A stretch of 52,324 nucleotides of DNA from an uncultured Methanosarcinales archaeon (GTDB lineage: Archaea > Nanobdellota > Nanobdellia > Woesearchaeales > GW2011-AR9), in NCBI GenBank assembly GCA_964344755.1, contig CAYFOH010000004.1, positions 1 to 52,324 on the forward strand, in the 5' to 3' direction. The position numbers and the translations under genes are program-made. A model generated the notes under the pieces. It was not told where the DNA came from and did not search any database. It saw nothing but the letters and a program-made list of their open reading frames with translations. Numbering within the stretch: the first letter of the stretch is position 1; the number at the start of each line of letters is the position of its first letter. This document shows, piece by piece, positions 43,913-52,324 of this stretch.

Positions 43913-44206
43913 ATGGTAACAAGAATTGGTACTAAACAGCGTAAAACAAGACATAAGTTTAAGCAAAGTTATAGGACAAAAGGGAAGGTTTCTTTGAGTC
44001 AGTACTTTAAGGAACTACAGACCGGCGACTTAGTTAATCTTAAAGTCCATGGAAGTGTACAAAAGGGTAGGTTTTTCCCGAGATTTCATGGTATGACTGG
44101 AAAGGTAACTGGTAAAAAAGGATCTTGTTACAAAGTAGAAATAAAAGATGGAGGAAAACAAAAGGTTTTGTTTGTTCATCCAATCCACTTAACTAAAGCA
44201 AACTAA
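43913..44206 (+). CDS. rpl21e: 50S ribosomal protein L21e
   Basis: RKTRHK, GDLV, RFHGMTGKV, KDGGKQK..FVHPIHL. Confidence 0.95.
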   Translation: MVTRIGTKQRKTRHKFKQSYRTKGKVSLSQYFKELQTGDLVNLKVHGSVQKGRFFPRFHGMTGKVTGKKGSCYKVEIKDGGKQKVLFVHPIHLTKAN

Positions 44207-44207
44207 A

Positions 44208-44558
44208 ATGGCAGCACCACAACTAATTGAACAAACCCCGCTATCTTTGGCTGAAGTAAAGGAGCATTTGCATAATATAGAAGAAAAGCGTAAGGAAGAA
44301 TTAAACTATCTATCAAATAAGGTAAAGGAATATTTGGAAACTTTTGTTAAGTTAGATGCTAAAAAAGCAAATGATTTGAAGAGAAAGCTGGTAGATTTAG
44401 ACTTAACTCGTATTAAAGAAGAACACATTGCTAAAATAATTGATTTCTTACCAAGTAGTGTTGATGAGTTAAAGGTTATTTTACAATCATACCCCTTGAG
44501 TTTGCCGAAAAAAGATCAAGAGAGTATTGTAAAGGTAACTAAAGAGTTTACTTCTTAA
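44208..44558 (+). CDS. rpo4: RNA polymerase subunit Rpo4 (F)
   Basis: LSLAEVKE, ELNY, KIIDFLP..VDELKVIL; conserved rpl21e-rpoF-DUF655 gene order. Confidence 0.88.
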   Translation: MAAPQLIEQTPLSLAEVKEHLHNIEEKRKEELNYLSNKVKEYLETFVKLDAKKANDLKRKLVDLDLTRIKEEHIAKIIDFLPSSVDELKVILQSYPLSLPKKDQESIVKVTKEFTS

Positions 44559-44612
44559 AATAGTTAGGGAAGAAACGCAATTTTTATTAAGTTACTATTC
44601 TTACTGAAGAAA

Positions 44613-45170
44613 ATGATACCTGTGAAAAAAGCTAGAGAAGAGAAGGCAATAATTTTAGATTATTTGCCCCATGGTTACCCTTTAGAAGGGGGAAGTATGA
44701 AGAATCCAGTAGCTCAAGCTTTAGGTACGACTCATTTGGCTTTATTAGAATTAATTCCCAAAAAAGAAGTTTTTTTACAACCTCACCAAGAGGTTTATAT
44801 TGGAGATGGTAAAAGAGAAGAAATTCATCACATTAAGGGCAAGATTCCTTTAAGTAAATTAACGACAACTGCTGCTAATGAATTGACACATGCCGTAGAA
44901 GAAGTTGTAAACATGAACGAAGAAAAATTTGTTGAGTTTTTTAATAAGGCTCAACCATTAAGTATGAGAATGCATCAGTTAGAGCTTTTGCCAGGTGTAG
45001 GAAAAAAACATATGTGGGAAGTGATTGAAGAGAGAAAAAACAAGCCTTTCGCTGACTTTGAAGATCTTAAATCTAGGGTGAAGTTATTACCTAATCCTAA
45101 ACAGGCTGTGATTAAAAGAATTTTATTAGAAATTAAAGGTGAAGAAAAACACAAAATTTTTGTGGGTTAG
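44613..45170 (+). CDS. DUF655 domain protein
   Basis: LDYLPHG, FFNKAQPLSMRMHQLELLPGVGKK. Confidence 0.92.
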   Translation: MIPVKKAREEKAIILDYLPHGYPLEGGSMKNPVAQALGTTHLALLELIPKKEVFLQPHQEVYIGDGKREEIHHIKGKIPLSKLTTTAANELTHAVEEVVNMNEEKFVEFFNKAQPLSMRMHQLELLPGVGKKHMWEVIEERKNKPFADFEDLKSRVKLLPNPKQAVIKRILLEIKGEEKHKIFVG

Positions 45171-45171
45171 T

Positions 45172-45519
45172 TTACCAACTAAATTTCCATTTTTTATCTT
45201 TCTTCTTTTCTTTGACCAAATCTTTCAGGCCTACTTTTTCAGCTTTTTTGAGAAAAGATTTACAGATTTTCTTAAGTCGAATACCATTAATATCTACATC
45301 GTTCTGAAAAAACTCGTACCTTTCAATAAGGTTATCCAATATTTTAGCTTGGGATTCTAAATTAATTGTAATTATATCCTCTTTTGTTACTTGTGCTTCT
45401 TTTTCCAGTTCTTCTAATTTTTTTAAATCAGGGGATATTTTTTTAACATCTAAGTGAATCTCTTGCAGGAATTCCAGAATAGCTTGTATGTCTTTAAGTT
45501 CATCATTTTTCTCAGTCAT
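45172..45519 (-). CDS. Hypothetical coiled-coil protein
   Basis: 115-aa charged helical ORF. Confidence 0.65.
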   Translation of the reverse strand: MTEKNDELKDIQAILEFLQEIHLDVKKISPDLKKLEELEKEAQVTKEDIITINLESQAKILDNLIERYEFFQNDVDINGIRLKKICKSFLKKAEKVGLKDLVKEKKKDKKWKFSW

Positions 45520-45555
45520 GTTGTTAAAGGAAAGAGTTTTTGAATATAAATGTTT

Positions 45556-46074
45556 TCACCGATAAACAGAAAACCTACTAGGTTCACACATGACAATCAT
45601 AAGAATTTTTGGATTTCCTTGCTGACTTCTTTTAAGAGTATTCAAATCTGTAGATGAAGCTAGACAACTTTTGTAAGGATGAGAATGTAGCATAATTAAT
45701 GTTTCTTGGGAACAAGGTTCAAAAGTCACGTGATTAAAAGTTTGTACAAAAGTTTTTGGTTGATAGAGATCTTTAATTAGATACATCTCTCCTTTTATCT
45801 GACCTAGCAAGCAAACACTAAACTCGTGTTTTTCTTCCTTAAAATAAATCGATTTTAATTCTTCTAAAACTTTGTCGGTAAATTGGATTTCTAAGTTTTC
45901 CACAAGAATTTTGTTATCTTCTAAAGGAAAAGAACTTAATTGTCCCCGAATAATATGGCCTAGAGGATATCCAACAAAAATATATGATATCATTAAAATT
46001 ATTAAGATAATTCCAACAATAAACAGAATGACCTTAAGAATCTTTGATTCTTCTTTAATTTCTTCCTCTTCCAT
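45556..46074 (-). CDS. Membrane-anchored JAB/MPN (JAMM) domain protein
   Basis: N-terminal TM; HEFSVCL...LHSHPYKSCLASSTD. Confidence 0.75.
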   Translation of the reverse strand: MEEEEIKEESKILKVILFIVGIILIILMISYIFVGYPLGHIIRGQLSSFPLEDNKILVENLEIQFTDKVLEELKSIYFKEEKHEFSVCLLGQIKGEMYLIKDLYQPKTFVQTFNHVTFEPCSQETLIMLHSHPYKSCLASSTDLNTLKRSQQGNPKILMIVMCEPSRFSVYR

Positions 46075-46126
46075 TTACATATTTGAGAGTAGGTTATATT
46101 TTATATTTATTTGTAATCTTAAAGAA

Positions 46127-46237
46127 TTAGGTAGGGAAAGAAATCCCCATTTGTTTGCATAACTCTTTCTGGTTTTTTGTCAGTTTTTCAGGATTTTTTT
46201 TAACAAATTCGGCAAATTCTTGATCAATATCTCTCAT
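46127..46237 (-). CDS. Small protein (36 aa)
   Basis: Strong GGAGGTG SD; MRDIDQEFAEFVKKNPEKLTKNQKELCKQMGISFPT. Confidence 0.55.
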   Translation of the reverse strand: MRDIDQEFAEFVKKNPEKLTKNQKELCKQMGISFPT

Positions 46238-46391
46238 CTTTTAATACACCTCCTTTTTGAATTTGTAAAATTATTTTTAGTTTATAAAATTTGTTTACTA
46301 CCTACGAAAGTGGAAAGTTATTTACCCCCGAAAAGAAATTGTTATTTTTGTTATGAGTAACTTTTATAGGTAAAAGAATAATCTTAAATCA

Positions 46392-46925
46392 ATGATCTTA
46401 ATAATTGATTGTGGGAGTAAAAAAGTTAAAAATTTTAAGTTGCCAGTGCTAACAAAAATAATTAAACTTGGCCAGAAAGAAAATTTTAATAACTTTTTGG
46501 GAATTATCATTAGTGGTGCTCCAATTCTTTTAACAGAAGTTGATCAAAGATACTATCTGGATCAGTTTGCTTGGTTAAAGAAAATGACAATACCTGTTTT
46601 AGGTGTTTGTTTTGGACATCAAATAATTGGTCTTTTGCACGGTTCTAAAATAACAAAAGGTGATGAGGTTAGAGAAGAACAAGAAATTTTTGTTTTAAAA
46701 GAAGATGGACTATTTGCTAACTTAGAAAAAAGGATCTATTTTCAAGAAGATCATTGTGAACATTTAACACTTCCACCAAATTTTACTTTATTGGCTACAT
46801 CAGAAAAAAGTAAAGTAGAAGCAATGAAGTTTAAGAACTTTTATGGGGTACAATTTCATCCAGAGGTTTCAGGGAAGAATGGGAATATTCTTCTTGAAAA
46901 TTTTGTCAAGATTTGCTTAGACTAA
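46392..46925 (+). CDS. Class I glutamine amidotransferase (GMP synthase GATase-like)
   Basis: IIDCGS, IISGAP, LGVCFGHQ, GVQFHPE. Confidence 0.9.
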   Translation: MILIIDCGSKKVKNFKLPVLTKIIKLGQKENFNNFLGIIISGAPILLTEVDQRYYLDQFAWLKKMTIPVLGVCFGHQIIGLLHGSKITKGDEVREEQEIFVLKEDGLFANLEKRIYFQEDHCEHLTLPPNFTLLATSEKSKVEAMKFKNFYGVQFHPEVSGKNGNILLENFVKICLD

Positions 46926-48179
46926 GCCATATTTTTTGGCTAAGTCTTCCCCTTGGGAATTGTGTTGTCCCCTTCGATAGTTGTTGTTTCTACCTCTCTG
47001 GGCGTTTCTATTGTTCCTAAAACTGTTTCTTCTAAAATTATCCCTTCTTTGGATTTGGAAACTTAAAGTAGGAAATTTTTCAAGAGGCAATTCTTGAACG
47101 TCGATAGGATACTTGTTCAAAACTGCATGAAAAGCTTCGTGGTTGTCGTGTGATAACAAAGTGATAGCTTTTCCTGCTTCTCCAGCTCGAGCTGTTCTTC
47201 CTACTCTATGAATATATTCTTGGGGGTCTTTAGCTAAATCGTAATTAAAAACGTGAGTTACGTCTTTAATATCCAGTCCCCTGGCAGCTACAGATGAAGC
47301 AACTAAAACGCTGGCTTTATCTTTGTTAAATCTTTCAATAACATTTAGCCTTTTGTTTTGTGTCATTTTGCCATGAATTTTTTCGGCTTTAATTCCGTTA
47401 AGGCGTAGATTTTGTTGGACTAGGTCAACTGTGGACCTTTTAGAACAGAAAACGATTACTCTGTCTGTGTCTTCTTTTTTTAAGAGATGAACAAGTAAAG
47501 AAAACTTTTCGTTGTTCCTAACATTGTAATAATACTGCTCAAGCAAATCTTTTTTAACTTGTAATTCTGCCTCGGCTTCTACAACGTCTTTCATGTAATT
47601 TTGTTTTAGATAGTTAATTTCTTTGGAAATTGTTGCCCCGAACAAAATAATTTGTCTGTTTTTTGATGTTGATTTAAGAATCTCTTCAATGTCTTCAATG
47701 AAACCCATTTCAACCATTTTGTCAGCTTCGTCTAAGACGAAAAAGTTTAGTTTGGTTAAGTTTAAAGTGCCTCTACCAATATGGTCAAGAACTCTTCCTG
47801 GTGTTCCAACAACAATTTCTGAATTACTAATAGCATTAACTTGTGGTTCCATGCCTACGCCACCAAAAACGGTAGCTACATTTACTTTCATGTACTTGCC
47901 CCATTTTCTTAGCTCATTAGAAATTTGGTTGGCTAGCTCTCTAGTTGGTGCTAAAATCAAGCTTTGTACACCTTGACCTGGTTTGGCTTTTTCAATAATT
48001 GGAATACCAAATGATGCAGTTTTACCTGATCCTGTTCGAGAAATTCCTACTACATCTTTACCTTGATAAATTAAAGGAATTGCTTTTTGTTGAATTGTTG
48101 TTGGTTTAACAATTCCTTGTTCTCTTAGAGCTTTAACTAGCTCTACTTTTATACCTAAATCTGTAAAATTTTCACTCAT
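46917..48179 (-). CDS. DEAD-box RNA helicase
   Basis: TGSGKT, PTRELA, TPGR, DEAD, ARGLD, HRVGRTAR; motif III reads GAT; R/N-rich tail. Confidence 0.95.
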   Translation of the reverse strand: MSENFTDLGIKVELVKALREQGIVKPTTIQQKAIPLIYQGKDVVGISRTGSGKTASFGIPIIEKAKPGQGVQSLILAPTRELANQISNELRKWGKYMKVNVATVFGGVGMEPQVNAISNSEIVVGTPGRVLDHIGRGTLNLTKLNFFVLDEADKMVEMGFIEDIEEILKSTSKNRQIILFGATISKEINYLKQNYMKDVVEAEAELQVKKDLLEQYYYNVRNNEKFSLLVHLLKKEDTDRVIVFCSKRSTVDLVQQNLRLNGIKAEKIHGKMTQNKRLNVIERFNKDKASVLVASSVAARGLDIKDVTHVFNYDLAKDPQEYIHRVGRTARAGEAGKAITLLSHDNHEAFHAVLNKYPIDVQELPLEKFPTLSFQIQRRDNFRRNSFRNNRNAQRGRNNNYRRGQHNSQGEDLAKKYGLV

Positions 48180-48351
48180 TTTCTTCTCCAAGATTTTTAT
48201 TATAAACGTTTTGAAACAGAATTAGTATGAAATCAACTATCTGCTTCGGCCCTGTCTATTTTCTCTTATCATGGCATAAATAAACGCCTTTTTTAAATGT
48301 TTCTAAGATTATGTACAAAAAACTTAATAGTGCCCTTTATTTGAGAGAAAA

Positions 48352-48897
48352 GTGGTATCCTTAAAAGAGATAAAATTGCTTAGAAAGAAGTATAATTTAA
48401 CCCAAAAACAGTTAGCTAAACAGGCAGGTGTGTCTCAGAGTTTGATTGCTAAAATTGAAGCAGAAAGGATTGATCCGACATACAGTAAGGTCAAGATGAT
48501 TTTTATCGCTCTGGAACGCTTAAAAGAAGGCCAGGAGATCAAAGCAGAAGAAGTAATGAATAAGGATGTTTTCTTTTCTAACAGAGGAGAATCAGTAAAG
48601 AAAATAATTGAAATAATGAAAAATAAAGGAATTTCTCAAATGCCGGTTAAAGATTCTCAAAAGATAATTGGTGTAGTTAGTGAATCAACAATTCTTAGTA
48701 AAATTTTGAAATTTCCAGAGAAAGCAACTTTTTTAAAGGTTGAAGAAGTTTTAGAAGACGGGCCACCAATAGTTTCTAAAAATACAAAGCTAACTACCAT
48801 ATCTTATCTCTTACAAGAATTTTCTTTAGTTTTGGTTGTTGAGAAAGGAGAGATTAAAGGGGTTATTACTAAGACAGATCTTCTAACTAAGATTTAA
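48352..48897 (+). CDS. XRE-HTH + CBS domain transcriptional regulator
   Basis: LTQKQLAKQAGVSQSLIAKIE; GISQMPV; GVITKTDLL. Confidence 0.92.
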   Translation: MVSLKEIKLLRKKYNLTQKQLAKQAGVSQSLIAKIEAERIDPTYSKVKMIFIALERLKEGQEIKAEEVMNKDVFFSNRGESVKKIIEIMKNKGISQMPVKDSQKIIGVVSESTILSKILKFPEKATFLKVEEVLEDGPPIVSKNTKLTTISYLLQEFSLVLVVEKGEIKGVITKTDLLTKI

Positions 48898-49738
48898 GAG
48901 CTTGAAAAGCTAAAATGTCTTCTGTGCTTAATTTTTTACCTTGTCTCATTTTTTCTTGAACCTGTTCGGTTTTTTTAATTACCTTTTTGTCAAAATTATC
49001 TTTAAGAACTTGGTTAACTTTTTCGGACATTGTTTTTAGGTTATTCTTTTTGCTATCTATTTGTTGTTTAAGATTAATGAATTCTTCTTTTTTCTTTTGA
49101 TAAACCATGGATATTGGTTTTTCTTCTTTTCTTAGGTTCTTTATTTCTAGAAATAATTTTTTTATTTCTTCATGTTTAGATTGTGAAGCTTTAGCCTTTT
49201 CTTGTACTTGGGCATGGCAAATTTCTGCCTTTTCTCTCTTTTCTAGAAAATCAGAAGTAACAGCTTTAACTTCTTTCCAAGCTTCTTTGGCTTTATCCAA
49301 CTCTTTGAATTTAGCTTTTAGCTCTTTAATCCTTTTAGTGAGGGCTTGTTCTTTAGAAAAAGGCATTACTTCAGTTTCAATTTTTTCTTCTAATAATTTA
49401 ATCTCCCTAGCAATTCCATTTGGATTCTCTTTAGACCCTTTTAGTCCTTTTTTTCTTAACTCTGCTTCTTTCTTATTATTACTTTTTTCTTTAACTTGGG
49501 AGTTTAAAACATTTCTTTCTTTCTTTAGAACTTGAACGTCTTTTGTTAATTTATCTCTGGCTATTTTTAATTCATTTATTTTGTTACGGGAAGAAACTAT
49601 CTTCTGTCTGATCTCTTTCATCTTTTGGAAGGCTTCTTCCTTCTCTTTAGAAACAGTTACAAGTTTGTTTTTGAGAATATCTAAACTGTCTTTTTCTGCT
49701 AAAATTTTTTCTTCTTTATTTGAAAGAGATTCTCCCAT
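48887..49738 (-). CDS. Archaeal long coiled-coil protein (COG1340-like)
   Basis: Continuous heptads; ends GKKLSTEDILAFQ. Confidence 0.8.
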   Translation of the reverse strand: MGESLSNKEEKILAEKDSLDILKNKLVTVSKEKEEAFQKMKEIRQKIVSSRNKINELKIARDKLTKDVQVLKKERNVLNSQVKEKSNNKKEAELRKKGLKGSKENPNGIAREIKLLEEKIETEVMPFSKEQALTKRIKELKAKFKELDKAKEAWKEVKAVTSDFLEKREKAEICHAQVQEKAKASQSKHEEIKKLFLEIKNLRKEEKPISMVYQKKKEEFINLKQQIDSKKNNLKTMSEKVNQVLKDNFDKKVIKKTEQVQEKMRQGKKLSTEDILAFQALKS

Positions 49739-49806
49739 TGTTGTACCACTAATTTGTTCTATTTATTTAAATTTTAAAAAAAAGAAGAAAAATTAAAAGT
49801 AAAAAT

Positions 49807-50121
49807 TTAACCGAAAAGAGCGCCTAACCCGGCAGCAGCAGATTCTTCTGCTTTCTTATCGTCCTCTTTACTTTTTTCTTCTTTCTTTTCTTCTTTTTGA
49901 GCAGGTGCTTCACCCGAGGCAGCTGGAGCAGCTACTGGAGCAGCCATAGCGGCTTTTTCAATAGCTTCAGCAATATCAACGCCTTGTAGAGCAGCAACTA
50001 AAGCTTTAACACGTGCTTCATCAACTTGCACGCCAGCTGCAGTTAATACTGCCTTAATAGCATCTTCGGTGATTTCTTTACCTGCTTTATGAAGTAACAT
50101 TGCACTGTATACGTATTCCAT
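49807..50121 (-). CDS. rpl12: 50S ribosomal protein P1 (L12)
   Basis: [11 protein letters not shown]...[10 protein letters not shown]. Confidence 0.97.
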   Translation of the reverse strand: MEYVYSAMLLHKAGKEITEDAIKAVLTAAGVQVDEARVKALVAALQGVDIAEAIEKAAMAAPVAAPAASGEAPAQKEEKKEEKSKEDDKKAEESAAAGLGALFG

Positions 50122-50144
50122 TTTCAATTCCTCCGTGGGTTCAA

Positions 50145-50984
50145 CTATAAGTTTGCTTCTTTTTTGACTGAATTTGCTTGTGCTTCAGCCATTCCAAGAA
50201 GCTCCTCCTTTGTTTCTTCGTTTAAAATTGAAGCTTCCAGAGCCACTGTTTTGGCTTCCCTGAACGCTTTTTGTGTTAACATTACCATGGTCTCTTTTGT
50301 TGGATAACTGCATTCTATGGCCAAATTAAAGGCCCATTGAGCAGCTTGAGTTAGATTTTGTAAGTATTCGGCTTCATCTATGTGTAATTGCTTAGCTCCA
50401 AAGACGGTTCCATTTTCCCATACAGCAACCAAATCTAGGCCTACTTCCATTGGTTTAATATCTAACCTCTTTAAAGTTTCGGCTAATTTTGCTGATATAA
50501 CGTCTCCTTCTTTAGCAACAACAACATCATCAATGATAGCTAATTTTCCACCTTCCACTTTTGTCTTGATACCAACAGCTGCTAATTCAGAGATAATTGG
50601 TCCAGGAGCAAAGTTTGTTGCCCCAGCTTTTACCAAAATGTCTTTAGGAGATGTTTGTCCTTCTTTAGCTGGTGCTTCTGATTTGTTTTTCTGAATAGTT
50701 TTGTATAATGTAAAAGGGTTGTCATGTGAAAAGATAAGAGCAGGCATTCCTTTAATTTTTTCAGTTAATTCATCAATCTGTTCTTTACTGGAGTTGCTAA
50801 GGGCTAGCTTAAGTAATTTTTTTCTAGCCATACAAATGTTAACGTTTTTTCCCCTCAACATAGCTTTCATTTTTTGTAGTTGTTGAGCAGGTAGATTTTC
50901 TAGGTTAACTATACCTACAATAGGTGAATCTTGAATTAACTTTGTTAATTCTTGTACAAGTTTTTTCTTCTTTTCGTTAACCAT
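50145..50984 (-). CDS. rpl10: 50S ribosomal protein L10 (P0)
   Basis: [34 protein letters not shown]. Confidence 0.95.
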   Translation of the reverse strand: MVNEKKKKLVQELTKLIQDSPIVGIVNLENLPAQQLQKMKAMLRGKNVNICMARKKLLKLALSNSSKEQIDELTEKIKGMPALIFSHDNPFTLYKTIQKNKSEAPAKEGQTSPKDILVKAGATNFAPGPIISELAAVGIKTKVEGGKLAIIDDVVVAKEGDVISAKLAETLKRLDIKPMEVGLDLVAVWENGTVFGAKQLHIDEAEYLQNLTQAAQWAFNLAIECSYPTKETMVMLTQKAFREAKTVALEASILNEETKEELLGMAEAQANSVKKEANL

Positions 50985-50985
50985 T

Positions 50986-51627
50986 TTATTCTATAACTAC
51001 TGGTTTGCCCATTGTTAATTTTAAGGACACATTTTTGATGTTTTGTTTTTCGTTTGGTAACTGTTTCAAAACAGCTTGATAAGTAGCAATTACATTTTCA
51101 ATGATCTTTTCATCTGGTTGGTCTTCTTTTCCAACCATACATTGTAGGTTGGTAGCTTTTCTGGCAGTTAATCTTACTGTAGAAGCTAGCCTGCTATTTA
51201 TTAAAGAGATGTCGGCATTTGGAGGTAAAACGCAACCAAGTTTAGGATTAGGCATTTTTCCTTTGACACCTAAAACTTTCCCGAAACTAGCTGCTACTTT
51301 TGGCATTAAATTTGCTTGAGATAAGAAATAATCATATTCTTGGGCTAAACTTTTAGCCTTTTTCTTGTCTGAGTACTGAGGGAATTCTTTTTCTCTAATT
51401 ACTAAGTCACAATTTTTTTCTGCCTGTTCTGATAATAATTGATCGACAAAAGCAGCAACTTTAATTTTTTTCCCTTTAGGAGAAGGTAAAGTTACAAACA
51501 AATCAACTGGGTTTTGTTTGGTAACCAGATTTTTAAGATTAATAATAAGATCGTAGGATTGGGTGAACTTACGTTTAGGCTGTTTCTTTAATTCTTCGAT
51601 AGCTTTTTTGACTTGTTCTTTATTCAT
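50986..51627 (-). CDS. rpl1: 50S ribosomal protein L1
   Basis: KRKFTQSYDLIINLK, GKVLGVKGKMP, LTMGKPV. Confidence 0.96.
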   Translation of the reverse strand: MNKEQVKKAIEELKKQPKRKFTQSYDLIINLKNLVTKQNPVDLFVTLPSPKGKKIKVAAFVDQLLSEQAEKNCDLVIREKEFPQYSDKKKAKSLAQEYDYFLSQANLMPKVAASFGKVLGVKGKMPNPKLGCVLPPNADISLINSRLASTVRLTARKATNLQCMVGKEDQPDEKIIENVIATYQAVLKQLPNEKQNIKNVSLKLTMGKPVVIE

Positions 51628-51670
51628 GTTAACCTCCTACTTTCTAAAGTAGTTTTAACGGTATGTTAAC
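51628..51670 (-). promoter_or_regulatory. Putative L1-binding translational operator covering the rpl1 SD
   Basis: mRNA reads ACC-GUUAAAA-CUACUUU-AG-AAAGUAG-GA-GGU, an asymmetric loop like known L1 sites. Confidence 0.6.
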
Positions 51671-51760
51671 GTGGATTTGGTTTTCATTTATAAAGATTTC
51701 TGTTATTTCTTATTGTTAACCAAAGTAAGATTAATTAAGTCCTAGATAATTAGACTCTAG

Positions 51761-52252
51761 ATGAAGATTAAGTTTTTTTTAATAATTGTTGTGTTTTATT
51801 TGATGGTATTAATGTATAGTCGATCTCCTTTAATTGTTGATGATATTTATCCTAGTAATTCTTGTGATGGTTTGTTGCAAAAAGCAGACATCCTTTATGT
51901 CATTCCTAATCTTGGGGGTGAAGATATCAGTAATAGTAAAAAATGGTGCAATTATATCAAATCTTTGAACAAGACCTTAGGACTACATGGCATAACACAT
52001 AGTTACCATGAGTTTGATTATTCCTTAAATCAAGAGGAAATCAGTTTGGCTATTAAGATGTTTGAAGGCTGTTTTGGTGAGAAACCTTCTTTATTTCGTC
52101 CTCCCTATAATAGGATTAGTAAAGATAACCAAAAAATTGTTGAGAGTTTAAACATGACAGTTTACAAGAAAAGGTTTTGGTTACATCCTTATTGTCATTG
52201 TAATCCTCATTCTTTTATGAAACCCCTTAATTGGATTCTTTTTTGTGATTAA
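51761..52252 (+). CDS. Polysaccharide deacetylase-like protein (DUF2334/NodB fold)
   Basis: N-terminal TM; VDD, LHGITH, FRPPY. Confidence 0.8.
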   Translation: MKIKFFLIIVVFYLMVLMYSRSPLIVDDIYPSNSCDGLLQKADILYVIPNLGGEDISNSKKWCNYIKSLNKTLGLHGITHSYHEFDYSLNQEEISLAIKMFEGCFGEKPSLFRPPYNRISKDNQKIVESLNMTVYKKRFWLHPYCHCNPHSFMKPLNWILFCD

Positions 52253-52324
52253 AGAATTTTCTAGTTAATTTTATAAGATGTAATTTCCACTGGTGTTTCA
52301 CCAGTGGTGCTGGCAAATTCTTAA

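Noticed and set aside
48200..48280. Possible C/D box sRNA upstream of the DEAD-box helicase
   Set aside because: Boxes are degenerate (ATGATAA, CCGA, no terminal CTGA); more simply a 5' UTR.
52287..52307. Perfect hairpin CCACTGGTG-TTT-CACCAGTGG at the window edge
   Set aside because: Probably inside the 3' end of a minus-strand CDS (…EFASTTGETPVEITSYKIN*) cut by the window; context is insufficient.

Overview
AT-rich chromosomal segment of a DPANN archaeon, most likely Woesearchaeota-like. The assignment is inferred from the archaeal ribosomal proteins (S17e, L21e, L1/P0/P1), Rpo4, NurA, BHB-type tRNA introns and GGTGA/GGAGG Shine-Dalgarno sites. The window begins with a type IV pilus/secretion ATPase, coiled-coil genes, three paralogous membrane proteins and SepF. 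It then has an ~13 kb cluster of acidic, Cys-rich cell-surface proteins with TSP3, TSP1-like, DUF4215, beta-helix, dockerin and cohesin-like modules, followed by housekeeping genes. Six tRNA genes carry eight introns, four of them at non-canonical D- or T-loop positions, and two of those appear to contain a nested BHB. Main candidates for new biology: (1) an unannotated ~340-nt highly structured element (31152-31489) closed by a canonical bulge-helix-bulge, a candidate endonuclease-processed circular RNA; (2) a cohesin/dockerin-type surface assembly whose members share an N-terminal anchor motif; (3) a bacterial-type TrhO + TrmR-like tRNA U34 modification pair; (4) an internally deleted alba gene, with a small histone-fold gene elsewhere in the window; (5) a permuted L1-binding operator over the rpl1 ribosome-binding site. 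All calls come from reading the sequence by eye. No database search or folding program was run.
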